From the NCBI GenBank assembly GCA_965247115.1, contig CBDFGR010000003.1:1824001-1888000 (forward strand): DNA of 64,000 bases. The letters are read 5' to 3'. Shown one piece after another: positions 37,097-47,387 of this stretch; position 1 is the stretch's first letter; each line of letters begins with the position of its first letter. The position numbers and the translations under genes are program-made. This DNA comes from Myxococcota bacterium (GTDB lineage Bacteria; Myxococcota_A; UBA9160; SZUA-336). The notes below the pieces were generated by a model that made no database searches, was not told the origin of the DNA, and worked only from the letters and a program-made list of their open reading frames with translations.

Positions 37097-37666
37097 ATGA
37101 GACCGATTGCAACGACACGGAGCGCGGCCGGGATCCCCACGGGTCGTCTCGCAGTCTGGTGGGTCCTCGCGTCGGAGATCGTCATCTTCGGCGGCTTGCT
37201 CGCGTCCTACATCATGTACCGCCTGGCGCACGACGCCTGGGCCGACCACGCAGCACACACGAACCTGGTCGCAGGGAGCTTCAACACGCTGGTCCTCCTC
37301 ACGTCCAGCTTGACGGCCGTGCTCGCTCACAAGGCGGCAGACGAGAGCGACGGGCCGCGAGCTGCGCGTCTACTGACCTTCACGATGCTTGGCGGCGCGA
37401 CCTTCGTCATCGTGAAGGCCTTCGAGTGGACGGCCGAGATCCAGGCCGGCTACACGATCACGGCGAACACGTTCTGGTCGTTCTACTACACCGCGGCGGG
37501 CCTCCATGGCTTACACGTGATCGTGGGTGTGATCATCATGGGCTTCGTCGCCTGGGATGCGAGAAAGGGCAGGGAGCTTCACCGCGTCGAGCTGATCGGC
37601 ATCTACTGGCACTTCGTCGACATCGTGTGGATCTTCCTATTCCCACTGCTCTACATCGCGAGGTAG
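37097..37666 (+). CDS. coxC: Cytochrome c oxidase subunit III, operon 2 (first copy)
   Basis: LASEIVIF, NTLVLLTSS, GLHGLHV, YWHFVDIVW. Confidence 0.92.
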   Translation: MRPIATTRSAAGIPTGRLAVWWVLASEIVIFGGLLASYIMYRLAHDAWADHAAHTNLVAGSFNTLVLLTSSLTAVLAHKAADESDGPRAARLLTFTMLGGATFVIVKAFEWTAEIQAGYTITANTFWSFYYTAAGLHGLHVIVGVIIMGFVAWDARKGRELHRVELIGIYWHFVDIVWIFLFPLLYIAR

Positions 37667-37674
37667 CCCGAACC

Positions 37675-38004
37675 ATGTCCGAGATGCATCACCCTAGCTA
37701 CGTAAAGATCTGGGTAGCGCTCGTCATTCTGCTGGCGATCAGCGTTGCGGGTCCCTTCCTCGGGATCCGGATCGTGACGCTGATCACGGCATTCGGCATA
37801 GCCATCGTCAAGGCCTACCTCGTGGCGAGAAACTTCATGCACCTGAACATCGAGAAACGGTACGTGGTGTACCTGCTCTCGACGGTCCTCGCCTTCATGC
37901 TGCTCTTCTTCTTCGGCGTCGCGCCAGACGTGATGAAACAAGAGGGCCAGGGCTGGATCAAGCCACCCGTCGAGTCCGCAAGCGCGGGGGAAACGGGCCA
38001 CTAG
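37675..38004 (+). CDS. Cytochrome c oxidase subunit IV family, operon 2
   Basis: YVKIW..L, AIVKAYLVARNFMHL. Confidence 0.88.
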   Translation: MSEMHHPSYVKIWVALVILLAISVAGPFLGIRIVTLITAFGIAIVKAYLVARNFMHLNIEKRYVVYLLSTVLAFMLLFFFGVAPDVMKQEGQGWIKPPVESASAGETGH

Positions 38005-38021
38005 CTCCGCAGAGGCTACGC

Positions 38022-38609
38022 ATGTACGAGAAGACCCTGGAGACCCTTACTGGTGCGCCGCGGCACCCCCAGCTCGTCTCCAACGCCGTTCTCGGAATGC
38101 TGATGTTCGTCATCGTGGAGGCGATGCTGTTTGCCGGGCTGATCAGCGCCTTCATGATCGTCAAGACGTCGTCGCTAGGCGCGTGGCCCCCGCCGGGCCA
38201 GGCCCGTCTTCCCGTCGAGGAGACGGCCCTCAATACCGTCGCGTTGCTCATCAGCGGGCTCATGCTCTTCGTTGCGCACCGAGCCTTCAGACGCGCGCCG
38301 GAGAGCGCGAGAGTGCCGCTCATGGTCTCCATCCTGCTCGGCGCGATCTTCGTCATCTTTCAGGGCGTCGAGTGGGCTGCCCTCATCCGCGAGGGTCTGA
38401 CCTTGACCTCGAGCACACATGGCGGATTCTTCTACCTGATCGTCGGGCTGCATGCCCTGCACGTCGTCGCCGCGCTGATCGTCCTGACGTACGCATGGCT
38501 TCTGTTGCGCCAGGCCCGGCTCGCTCCCGCCACGTTCCACGCGACCCAGGTCTTCTGGTATTTTGTAGTCGGCCTCTGGCCGATCCTGTACGTTCAGGTG
38601 TACCTGTGA
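38022..38609 (+). CDS. Cytochrome c oxidase subunit III-like, operon 2 (second copy)
   Basis: LGMLMFVIVEAMLF, NTVALLISG, GLHALHV, FWYFVV.LW. Confidence 0.88.
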   Translation: MYEKTLETLTGAPRHPQLVSNAVLGMLMFVIVEAMLFAGLISAFMIVKTSSLGAWPPPGQARLPVEETALNTVALLISGLMLFVAHRAFRRAPESARVPLMVSILLGAIFVIFQGVEWAALIREGLTLTSSTHGGFFYLIVGLHALHVVAALIVLTYAWLLLRQARLAPATFHATQVFWYFVVGLWPILYVQVYL

Positions 38610-38619
38610 GGCTCCGTTC

Positions 38620-38892
38620 GTGAAGTGGTGGTCGGCTGCCCTGGTAGCAAGCGCTCTCCTGTGGGCCCCGCGGCTGGCTGAGGCCTGCGCGGTCTGCTTC
38701 TCCGGGACCGACGAGGTTCGCGACGCCTTCATCGTCACGACCGCCCTGCTGACCGCCCTCCCTCTCCTACTGATCGGCTCCCTCATCCTCTGGCTCCGCC
38801 ACCGCTTCCTCCGCCAAACGACCCAATCCACCCCCAGCCCGGCGCAGCGACGCCCGTCCCCAACTTCAGATTCCCAAGTTCAAATTCCGTAG
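38620..38892 (+). CDS. Small membrane protein with exported ACAVC (CxxC) motif
   Basis: Signal-like helix, AEACAVCFSG, TM; tail reads into REP-like DNA. Confidence 0.75.
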   Translation: MKWWSAALVASALLWAPRLAEACAVCFSGTDEVRDAFIVTTALLTALPLLLIGSLILWLRHRFLRQTTQSTPSPAQRRPSPTSDSQVQIP

Positions 38893-39019
38893 AGAACGGG
38901 CAACCCCCTACGAGGCTTGGCACCCATGCAAGCGCCGCGGAACGCGGCGCGCGCAGCGAAGGCCGTAGGCCTGAGCGGAGGTGGGTGGCCGCGGCCGCCC
39001 GCGGCCGGGTCCCACAAGA
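38860..39019 (+). repeat. Modular REP-like element
   Basis: Same modules as 1945-2136; ends CCCACAAGA directly against the cysH stop codon. Confidence 0.87.
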
Positions 39020-39793
39020 CTAGATTCCGGAGCCGTCTCTCTCGTAGCCGACGTGGATGCCGCACTCTCGAGAGCTATCCCGCTCCCACCACCAGCGTCC
39101 AGCACGTTCATCCTCGCCAGGCTTGATGGCGCGCGAGCAGGGCGCGCAACCGACCGACGGGTAGCCACGAGCGTGCAGCGCATTCACCGGGAGGCCGCGG
39201 TCGTGCACGTACTGCTCCACGTCATCCCTGCTCCAGCTCGCGAGCGGGTTGAGCTTGATGCGTCCGCCGTGGATATGGTCGACCTCTACGGATCGCACGT
39301 CTGCTCGGGCCTTGCTGTGCTCCGGACGTAGGCCCGCGACCCAGGCATCCAGGCCGGCGAGGGCGCGGTCCAGCGCTGCCACCTTGCGGACTCCGCAACA
39401 GAGCTCGCGCTTTTCCTTGGACTCGAAGAACAGGTTGTGTCCGTGCTTGCGCACCATTGCCTCGACACGTTCGTGCTCTGGAAAGTGGATCTCGACCTCG
39501 ATCCCGTAGCGGTCCCGGACCCGATCCATCAGGTCGTAGGTCTCCTGGGGAAGACGTCCTGTGTCGATCGAAAAGACCCGCGTCCGCTCTGGGTCAATCC
39601 GGTGCATCAGGTCGAGGATGACCATGCCTTCCGGGGATCCGAAGCTGGCGGACAGGGCGATACGTGGAGCGAAGTTCTCGAATCCCCACGCCAGCAGGCG
39701 CTCCGCTGGCCACTCGTTCATCCCGCCGGAGCGAACCTGGGCGAGGGTCCGCTCCGGAAGGAGCTCCGTCCTTACGAGCTCGAGCTGCGGCAC
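39020..39793 (-). CDS. cysH: APS/PAPS reductase (Fe-S-containing APS-reductase type)
   Basis: SASFG, IDTG, CCGVRK, GLR, KLNPL, GYPSVGCAPC, RAGRW, ECGIH; GGAGG RBS before GTG 39793. Confidence 0.94.
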   Translation of the reverse strand: MPQLELVRTELLPERTLAQVRSGGMNEWPAERLLAWGFENFAPRIALSASFGSPEGMVILDLMHRIDPERTRVFSIDTGRLPQETYDLMDRVRDRYGIEVEIHFPEHERVEAMVRKHGHNLFFESKEKRELCCGVRKVAALDRALAGLDAWVAGLRPEHSKARADVRSVEVDHIHGGRIKLNPLASWSRDDVEQYVHDRGLPVNALHARGYPSVGCAPCSRAIKPGEDERAGRWWWERDSSRECGIHVGYERDGSGI

Positions 39794-39978
39794 GTGGTGG
39801 ACCTCCGAAGGCACATTGCGAGAATGAGAAATATGCGGGACATGCAACTCTATGACACTCGGGGATTTGGCGGCAAGTGGCGCCATATCACCGATTTTTT
39901 CGATGTGGTTTAGGTCGCTCAGGTTTCACAGAAGCAGAGCCGTTCGAAGTTGTTGTGAAATACCCCCGTTTCACGCGG

Positions 39979-41304
39979 ATGGGCCTGTCCATGACTTCGA
40001 GCGCGGTCCTTGTCCTGTGGGCCTCTCTGTCTGGCGCTGGCAACCCTGCCGTCTGGGAGCCGGCGGTCAGCCTCGAAGACAGGTACCGGGCCGATGTGCT
40101 CGAGCCCGTCCGCCTGGATCAGGGCCCGGAAGACGTCCAGATTCTGCGAGAACCCGGGACGGCTAAATGGCCGGCCGGAACTCACGCCCTCCTGGAGCAG
40201 CGCATCCGCAGCGGCTGGGACCCGAATCAGCTCTACGGTCCCGTGTATTCCTCGGTCGGACTCTGGCTGCGGTACCCGCTGGTGACGGCGCGGATCGGTG
40301 GCCGGGTCCTCATCCCCGTCCTGGACCACGGGGCGCTCGGCGTTCGCGGGATCCTGGAGCCCCCCGGAAGCGGGCGCGGTCGCCGCGTGGTGATTCTCGT
40401 CGACACCTCGGAGAGCGCGAACGCCGCGGTTCCCCTGGCGGTCGGCTCAGTTGCGGGGCCGCTGTCGCTGCTCGAAGCGCAGCGCCGCGCGCTGGCCAAC
40501 CTGGTGTCGGGCGTTGCTGGACAGGACACCGAGTTCGGGATCATTGCGTTCGGCGAGGGAACCTGGACGGTTGTCGATCTCGGCGCACCGGAGGAGGAGA
40601 GGCGGCGGGGTCTGGCGCGCTTCGAGCAGGAGCATCCGAGAGGCGAGGGCCGCAGCGACGCCGTGTGTGCATTGTGGACTGCCGCCGACTGGTTGCGTCA
40701 GTCCCCGGACGGCGTGGACCGCGAGATCGTGCTCCTGACAGGTACGGACCTGCCCCACTCCGGGCGCTTCCTGCGCTGCTCGGACTCGCTCTGCGAGTCC
40801 GCCAAACGGACCTGCGATGCTGCACGAAACAGGACAGCCTGCCCGGCCAGTCACGAGTTCAGTCGGCTCGACGGTATCTCGGACATCACGCAGCTCGCGA
40901 GCTTCGGACGCGAGGTCCGGGGTGAGCTCGTCGTGACGCCCGTGATCTTCGGAGGCGATCGCAACCAGCGGCTCTACACCGAGGTGGCGCGCCGCACGGG
41001 CGGCCGTCTCGTACGTGTACCTTCCGCCCGTGGGCTCGAGGAGCTGCTCCCTGCCCTGGTCACGCGCAGCATCAGCGGCGTCTTCGCAACCAACCGGCAG
41101 AGCGGTATCCGGTCCGACGATCTGCTTGGCCCCGACGGCCGGCTCCTAGAGGGCCAGATCCCCCTGGTTCCCGGCGGTAACGACATCGAGCTCCGGATCG
41201 CCACCAACGGCGGCACCGCCGCGCTGTTCCGCTTCCACGTCTACTCCACCCCCGGACCCCACCCCCTAACCCCAATCGGCTCCGCATCCCCCCTCTCCCC
41301 CTAG
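39979..41304 (+). CDS. vWA-domain protein, probably exported
   Basis: VVILVDTSES (DxSxS MIDAS), IIAFG, IVLLTG, VARRTGG; start uncertain. Confidence 0.7.
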   Translation: MGLSMTSSAVLVLWASLSGAGNPAVWEPAVSLEDRYRADVLEPVRLDQGPEDVQILREPGTAKWPAGTHALLEQRIRSGWDPNQLYGPVYSSVGLWLRYPLVTARIGGRVLIPVLDHGALGVRGILEPPGSGRGRRVVILVDTSESANAAVPLAVGSVAGPLSLLEAQRRALANLVSGVAGQDTEFGIIAFGEGTWTVVDLGAPEEERRRGLARFEQEHPRGEGRSDAVCALWTAADWLRQSPDGVDREIVLLTGTDLPHSGRFLRCSDSLCESAKRTCDAARNRTACPASHEFSRLDGISDITQLASFGREVRGELVVTPVIFGGDRNQRLYTEVARRTGGRLVRVPSARGLEELLPALVTRSISGVFATNRQSGIRSDDLLGPDGRLLEGQIPLVPGGNDIELRIATNGGTAALFRFHVYSTPGPHPLTPIGSASPLSP

Positions 41305-41334
41305 CCCCTCCCCCAGCTCAAAGCCCCCCAAAAA

Positions 41335-41537
41335 GAAGTCAAGATTAAGGACCGTCCCCAAGTTCAGATTCCCATCGCCAAGTTCAGATTCCGCCCAGTC
41401 CAGATTCCGTACAGAACCGGCAACTCCTACGAGGCTTGGCACCCATGCAAGCGGCGCGAAGCGGCGCGCGCAGCGAAGGCCGCAGGCCTGAGCGGAGGTG
41501 GGTAGCGCGCGACCGCTCGCGCGCTGGGTCCCACAAG
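41335..41537 (+). repeat. Modular REP-like element with iterated CCAAGTTCAGATTCC sub-units
   Basis: AAGGACCGTCCCC plus B module ending GGGTCCCACAAG. Confidence 0.86.
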
Positions 41538-41552
41538 GACTAAGATCCCCTC

Positions 41553-42509
41553 GTGGCACCGAAGGTCTACATCGACGGTCACGTCGGTACGACAGGGCTC
41601 CGGATCCGGGAGTGGCTCGTCGGTCGGGAGGACCTCGAGCTCCTGACGCTCGAGGAGGTACACCGCAAGGTCCCCGAGCGGCGGCGCGAGATGTTGAAGC
41701 GGGCGGACCTCGTGGTCCTGTGCCTCCCGGACGCTGCGGCTCGCGAGACCGTGTCCTGGCTCGAAGGGTCCCAGACTCGGATCATCGACGCGAGCACAGC
41801 CCATCGCACGGCCGCGGGCTGGGTGTACGGCCTGCCGGAGCTCGAGCCCGCGCAGCGCAATGCCATCGCCGGCGCGCGGCGCGTCTCGAATCCCGGCTGC
41901 TATCCAACGGCCGTGATCCTGGCGATCCGGCCGCTCCTCGAGGCTGGCCTGGTGGCTTCGGACCTGCCGCTTCAGGTGCACGCTCTCTCGGGCTATTCGG
42001 GCGGGGGCAGGGCCATGATCGAGCGCTGGGAAGACTCCAGCACGGAGCTCTCGACCCTCCCCTATGAAGCGCCCTACGCGCTCGACGCCATGCACAAGCA
42101 CATCCCGGAGATGCAGCACCACGCAAGGCTGACTCGGGAGCCGCAGTTCGTTCCGGCCGTGGGACCGTTTCGCTGTGGAATGCGCGTGCAGCTTCCATTG
42201 CACCGCCACCTCCTGTCGGCGGGCGCGACGGGCAAGACGCTCTGGGACGCCTTGAACGAGCGCTATCGCGACGAGCCCTTCGTGCGCGTCCAGCCGATCG
42301 CCGAGCCGCTCGACTCGGACGAGGGGAGCTTCGATCCCCGAGCCTGCAACGACACGAATCGCCTCGACCTACGTGTGCTGCCGCATCCCTCCGGTCACGT
42401 GCTGCTGCTGGCTACGCTCGACAACCTGGGAAAGGGCGCCGCAGGCGCCGCCATCCAGAACCTGAACCTCATGTTGGGACTCGCCGAGACGGAGGGTCTG
42501 CAGGCCTAG
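41553..42509 (+). CDS. argC: N-acetyl-gamma-glutamyl-phosphate reductase (type 2)
   Basis: VYIDGHVGTTGL, IIDASTAHR, YGLPEL, NPGCYPT, DNLGKGA. Confidence 0.96.
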   Translation: MAPKVYIDGHVGTTGLRIREWLVGREDLELLTLEEVHRKVPERRREMLKRADLVVLCLPDAAARETVSWLEGSQTRIIDASTAHRTAAGWVYGLPELEPAQRNAIAGARRVSNPGCYPTAVILAIRPLLEAGLVASDLPLQVHALSGYSGGGRAMIERWEDSSTELSTLPYEAPYALDAMHKHIPEMQHHARLTREPQFVPAVGPFRCGMRVQLPLHRHLLSAGATGKTLWDALNERYRDEPFVRVQPIAEPLDSDEGSFDPRACNDTNRLDLRVLPHPSGHVLLLATLDNLGKGAAGAAIQNLNLMLGLAETEGLQA

Positions 42510-42522
42510 GCTTGGGAGGCCG

Positions 42523-45500
42523 ATGACAGCAGCGCGCACAGATCTCTGTCCTCCTGTCAGGGCCTGGTTCGACGGCCGCTTCCGCGAGGCGACCGCGCCG
42601 CAAAAGCAGGGCTGGCCGCCCATCGCGCGCGGCGAGGACACGCTCATCGCTGCTCCGACCGGATCCGGCAAGACGCTGGCCGCGTTCCTGATGATCCTCG
42701 ACCGGCTATTTCGCCGCGCCATCGAAGGCGAGCTCGGGGATCACCTGGAGGCCGTGTACATCTCCCCGCTCCGGGCGCTCTCTCACGACATCCAGCGCAA
42801 CCTCGAGACCCCACTGCAGGAGATTCACGCCGAGGCGGAGCGGATGGGCTACCGGCTGCCCCTCATTCGCGCGGCGGTCCGCACGGGCGATACGCCGCAG
42901 TCCGAGCGGCAGGCGATGTTGCGGCGCCCCCCGCACATCCTGGTGACGACCCCCGAGTCGCTGTACCTGATGCTGACCGCGGAGCGTAGCCGCGAGATCC
43001 TGAAGTCCACCCGCACGGTGATCGTCGACGAAATCCACGCGCTGGCACGCGACAAGCGCGGCTCGCACCTCGCGCTGTCGCTGGAACGCCTCCAGACTCT
43101 CGCCGAGACGCGCCCCGCTCGCGTGGGCCTGTCGGCGACGCAGCGTCCCATGGATCTGATCGCGCGCTTCCTGGTGGGCAGCGAGCGCGGCGCTGACGAT
43201 CGTCCGCCCGGCTGCACGGTGATCGACCTGGGACACCAGCGGGACATCGATCTGGCGATCGAGGTGCCGCCAAGCGAGGATCTGCAGGGGGTCGCCTCGA
43301 AGGAGCAGTGGGATGATCTGCTCGACGTCATCTCGGGCCATATCGGCGAGCACCGCACGACACTGATCTTCACGAACACGCGGCGCCTCGCCGAGCGTCT
43401 CGCGCACCGCCTGGGCGAGAAGGTGGGTGCAGAGAATGTCGCAGCCCACCACGGCAGCCTGGCGCGGGAACGACGCCTGAAGGTGGAGCAGCGCCTCAAG
43501 GACGGCGACCTGCGCGCGCTGGTTGCCACAGCCTCGCTGGAGCTGGGCATCGACATCGGCAGCGTGGAGCTCGTGTGCCAGATCGGCTCGCCGCGCAGCA
43601 TTGCCACCCTGCTGCAGCGCATCGGCCGTTCCGGGCACGCCCTGGGACTGCGGCCCATGGGTCGGCTGTTTCCGACCACGCGCGACGAGATGGTGGAGTG
43701 CGCCGCACTCGTGCGCGCAGCGAAGTCCGGGCGCCTCGACCGGATCCATCCGTCGGAAGCCCCCCTGGACATCCTGGCGCAGCAGATCGTAGCCGCGTGC
43801 GCTTGCGAGGAGTGGGAAGAGGACAAGCTCTTCGAGCTCGTGCGCGGCGCCTATCCGTATCGGTCGCTCCAGCGGGCGGACTTCGAGGCCGTGCTCGACA
43901 TGCTCTCTCGAGGCTTCGAGACGCCAAAGGGTCGCCGCGCCGCGTACGTACATCGGGATCGCTTGCAGCGTCGACTGCGGGGCCGACGCGGCGCGCGCAT
44001 GGCCGCGATCATGTCGGGCGGCGCGATCCCTGAGACCGGAGACTATCGCGTCGTGCTCGATCCCGAAGAGACGACGATCGGTACGGTGAACGAGGACTGG
44101 GCGATCGAGAGCATGGCCGGCGACGTGTTCTTGCTGGGGACGCACAGCTGGAGGATTCGCCGGGTCGAGTCCGCTGTGGTGCGCGTCGTCGACGCCCAGG
44201 GGGCGCCGCCCACGATTCCATTCTGGCTCGGTGAGGCACCAGCGCGCACGGAGGAGCTCTCGCAGGAGGTCTCGGTGCTCCGCGAAGAGGTGGCGCTGCG
44301 GATCCAGGACGACTTCGAGGCGGCCGTCGCATGGCTCCAGGCGGAGTGCGCGCTGCCGCGCGAGGGTGCCCTTCAGATTGCCCACTACGTGCGCGTTCAG
44401 GTGGACTCGGTGGGCCGCGTACCCACCTGCGAGGATCTGGTCGCTGAGCGTTTCTTCGACGAGGCGGGCGGGATGCAGCTCGTCATCCACAGCCCCTGGG
44501 GCGCGCGGATCAATCGCGGCTTTGGTCTGGCACTGCGAAAACGCTTCTGCGCCTCGTTCAACATGGAGCTGCAAGCAGCCGCGACTGACGATGCCCTGGT
44601 GCTCTCGCTCGGGAATCCCCAGACCTTCCCGCTCGAGTCGGTCGCTCGCTTCCTGTCGCCGAAGACGGTGGACGAGGTGCTGGGCCAGGCGCTGCTCGCC
44701 TCGCCGTTGTTCGCCGCGCGCTGGCGCTGGAACGCCACTCGCTCTCTGGCCGTTCCGCGTGCGCGCTCGCGCGGACGCGTGCCGTTCCCGGTCCAACGCA
44801 TGCAGGCGGATGATCTGCTCGGCTGCGTCTTTCCGGAGCAGGTGGCGTGTCAGGAGAACGTCGAGTACCCGATCGCGATCCCCGACCATCCGCTTGTCAA
44901 GCAGACGATGCACGACTGCAAGACCGAAGCTTCGGACATCGAGGGCCTGATCCGGTTGCTCGAACGCGTCGAGTCCCAGGAGGTACGCATTCACTGCATC
45001 GACACCGTGGAGCCCTCTCCCTTTACTCACGAGATTCTGAACGCGCGCCCCTACGCTTTCCTCGACGACGCGCCGCTCGAGGAACGCCGCACACGTGCAG
45101 TTGCCCTGCGACACATGCTCCCCGACCAGGCGCAGAACCTTGCGCGCCTGGATGCCGATGCCATCAAACGCGTGCGCACCGAGGCGACTCCCGACGTGCG
45201 CAATGCAGACGAGCTCCTGGATCTGCTTGACGACCTCGTGGTGACGCGGGACGAGGACCTGCCCGTCGCTTCGGACCTGGTGCAAGAGCTCGTGCAGGCG
45301 GCCCGCGCCGCTCGGATTTGGGGAGGGACTGCTGGTCGGCTCTTCGCCGTGGAGCGTATCGGCCTGGCATCGGCTCTGTTCCCTGAAGCGCTGGTGGAGC
45401 CGGCGGTCCAGCTCCCTACACACCTCGGCGTCGAGACCGTCGAACCCGAGACGGCGCTCGATGCCGCCGTGCGCGGACACCTGTCGCTGCTCGGCCCGAC

Positions 45501-46785
45501 GGATTCCCAGGCGCTCGCGCAGCGCATCGGTGTGCCCGCGGGCTCCGTCGAGGCGGCGCTCGCCCGGCTCGAGGGGGCGGGCGTGGCCGTGCGCGGACGC
45601 TTCGAGCCAGATGCACAGGTCGAGCAGTTCTGCGACCGGGGCCTGCTGGCACGGATCCACCGCTACACGCTCGCGCGGCTGCGCAAGGAGATTGAGCCGG
45701 TCAGTGCCGGCGATTACCTGAGCTTCCTGTTGCGCTGGCAGCACGTACACCCGCGGGAGCGCCTCTACGGCGAGGGAGGTCTCCTGAAGGCGATCGAGCA
45801 GCTCTCGGGCTTCGAGGCCGCGCTGGCCGCCTGGGAGTCCGGAGTTCTCTCTGCGCGTGTGGAGGGCTACAAGTCGGAGCTCCTCGACTCGCTCTGCATG
45901 AGCGGCTCCGTCGCGTGGGGCCGGCTCAGCTCGCGTCCGCTCGAAGCCGGAGCGCAGCCTTCTCGAGCCACGCCGATTGCGCTCTTTGTTCGAGACGAGA
46001 TGGAGTCCCTCCTGCACGCCGTCGGCGAACGCACGGGCGCCGGGTTGCGCGGTCCGGGCGAGAGGATCATGGAGCTCCTGCACGAGCGCGGCGCGCTCTT
46101 TGCCCGCGAGCTCGGGCCGACGACTGGTCTATTGCCAGTCCAGGTCGAGGAGGGCCTGAAGGAGCTGGTGGCGCAGGGACTCGTGACCTGTGACGGCTTC
46201 GCCCCGTTGCGTCGCCTGCTCGGCGGCCGCCAGCAGGCCTCGCGGCGCCGGCGCGGTCCGGGCCGGGTTCTGGCGGGAAGCATGCCCGGTCCCGAGGGCC
46301 GCTGGGGACTGCTGCGCTCTCTCGGAGAACCTCCAGAGTCAGAGGAGCGGGCTGAGCGCAGCGCCTGGAGGCTGCTACGGCGGTACGGCGTGGTATTTCG
46401 GGATCTCCTCGGGCGTGAGTGGGTGCCCGAAGGCTGGCGTGAGGTCCACCGTGCCTTGCGCACGCTGGAGGCCCGCGGACTCGTGCGGGGCGGCCGCTTC
46501 GTCTCGGGCTTCACCGGGGAGCAGTTTGCTCTCCCCGAGGCGGTGCCGCTCCTGCGCAAGGAGCGCAACCGATCGCGCGACGGGGAGGAGATCCGCGTCT
46601 CCGCCGCAGATCCACTGAATCTTGCCGGCATTCTCACCCCCGGGCACCGCGTCCCGGCGGGCCACGCCCGCTGGCTCATCTTCCGTGACGGCCTCCCCGT
46701 CTCGACCATCGAGCGAGGCCATCGCGCGGAGCTCACTGAGTCTCGTGGGACCCGGCGCGCGAGCGGTCCACCCGCGGGCCGCTGA
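42523..46785 (+). CDS. lhr: Lhr-family DEAD/DEAH helicase (long form)
   Basis: APTGSGKT, TTPES, DEIH, GLSAT, HHGS, ATASLELGID, QRIGRSGH; C-terminal LLRRYGVVFR, GEQFA. Confidence 0.94.
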   Translation: MTAARTDLCPPVRAWFDGRFREATAPQKQGWPPIARGEDTLIAAPTGSGKTLAAFLMILDRLFRRAIEGELGDHLEAVYISPLRALSHDIQRNLETPLQEIHAEAERMGYRLPLIRAAVRTGDTPQSERQAMLRRPPHILVTTPESLYLMLTAERSREILKSTRTVIVDEIHALARDKRGSHLALSLERLQTLAETRPARVGLSATQRPMDLIARFLVGSERGADDRPPGCTVIDLGHQRDIDLAIEVPPSEDLQGVASKEQWDDLLDVISGHIGEHRTTLIFTNTRRLAERLAHRLGEKVGAENVAAHHGSLARERRLKVEQRLKDGDLRALVATASLELGIDIGSVELVCQIGSPRSIATLLQRIGRSGHALGLRPMGRLFPTTRDEMVECAALVRAAKSGRLDRIHPSEAPLDILAQQIVAACACEEWEEDKLFELVRGAYPYRSLQRADFEAVLDMLSRGFETPKGRRAAYVHRDRLQRRLRGRRGARMAAIMSGGAIPETGDYRVVLDPEETTIGTVNEDWAIESMAGDVFLLGTHSWRIRRVESAVVRVVDAQGAPPTIPFWLGEAPARTEELSQEVSVLREEVALRIQDDFEAAVAWLQAECALPREGALQIAHYVRVQVDSVGRVPTCEDLVAERFFDEAGGMQLVIHSPWGARINRGFGLALRKRFCASFNMELQAAATDDALVLSLGNPQTFPLESVARFLSPKTVDEVLGQALLASPLFAARWRWNATRSLAVPRARSRGRVPFPVQRMQADDLLGCVFPEQVACQENVEYPIAIPDHPLVKQTMHDCKTEASDIEGLIRLLERVESQEVRIHCIDTVEPSPFTHEILNARPYAFLDDAPLEERRTRAVALRHMLPDQAQNLARLDADAIKRVRTEATPDVRNADELLDLLDDLVVTRDEDLPVASDLVQELVQAARAARIWGGTAGRLFAVERIGLASALFPEALVEPAVQLPTHLGVETVEPETALDAAVRGHLSLLGPTDSQALAQRIGVPAGSVEAALARLEGAGVAVRGRFEPDAQVEQFCDRGLLARIHRYTLARLRKEIEPVSAGDYLSFLLRWQHVHPRERLYGEGGLLKAIEQLSGFEAALAAWESGVLSARVEGYKSELLDSLCMSGSVAWGRLSSRPLEAGAQPSRATPIALFVRDEMESLLHAVGERTGAGLRGPGERIMELLHERGALFARELGPTTGLLPVQVEEGLKELVAQGLVTCDGFAPLRRLLGGRQQASRRRRGPGRVLAGSMPGPEGRWGLLRSLGEPPESEERAERSAWRLLRRYGVVFRDLLGREWVPEGWREVHRALRTLEARGLVRGGRFVSGFTGEQFALPEAVPLLRKERNRSRDGEEIRVSAADPLNLAGILTPGHRVPAGHARWLIFRDGLPVSTIERGHRAELTESRGTRRASGPPAGR

Positions 46786-47210
46786 CGGCCACCCACCTCC
46801 GCTCAGGCCCAGGGCCTTCGCTGCGCGCGCTTGCCTTGTGGGACCCGGCCGCGGGCGTCCGCGGCCACCCACCTTCGCTCGGGCCCAGGGCCTTCGCTGC
46901 GCGCGCTTGCCTTGTGGGACCCGGCCGCGGGCGTCCGCGGCCACCCACCTTCGCTCGGGCCCAGGGCCTTCGCTGCGCGCGCTTGCCTTGTGGGACCCGG
47001 CCGCGGGCGTCCGCGGCCACCCACCTTCGCTCAGGCCGAGGGCCTTCGCTGCGCGCGCTTGCCTTGTGGGACCCGGCCGCGGGCGTCCGCGGCCACCCAC
47101 CTTCGCTCAGGCCCAGGGCCTTCGCTGTGTGCGCTTGCCTTGTGGGACCCGGCCGCGGGCGTCCGCGGCCACCCACCTTCGCTCAGGCCGAGGGCCTTCG
47201 CTGCGCGCGC
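46786..47210 (-). repeat. Tandem array of ~5.6 copies of a 76-bp REP-derived unit
   Basis: Units start 46786, 46862, 46938, 47014, 47090, 47166; few substitutions, no unique spacers. Confidence 0.93.
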
Positions 47211-47387
47211 CGCTCCCGCGGCGCTTGCATGGCCACGGCGCTTGCATGGGCGCCCTGACTCCCTTGGACCGCGCAATCTCCGGGTGCCGTTTGCTCGCAA
47301 GCGTGACCGTCAGCGGACCTGGACGCCGAGACGATTGATACGCCCGGCAAGCGCCTCGGAGTGGCGCCTCCTACAGCGAGACCTTGC

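Noticed and set aside
39880..39912. Rrf2/CymR-like operator upstream of cysH
   Set aside because: Only a loose AT-centred imperfect palindrome; no cognate regulator nearby
42706..46083. 1125-aa minus-strand ORF and similar long antisense ORFs (e.g. 22308-24422, 35381-37330, 59066-60793)
   Set aside because: Stop-poor shadows of real high-GC genes; no motifs
46786..47210. Possible CRISPR array
   Set aside because: Whole 76-bp units repeat with no unique spacers, no cas genes are present, and the unit matches the dispersed REP family
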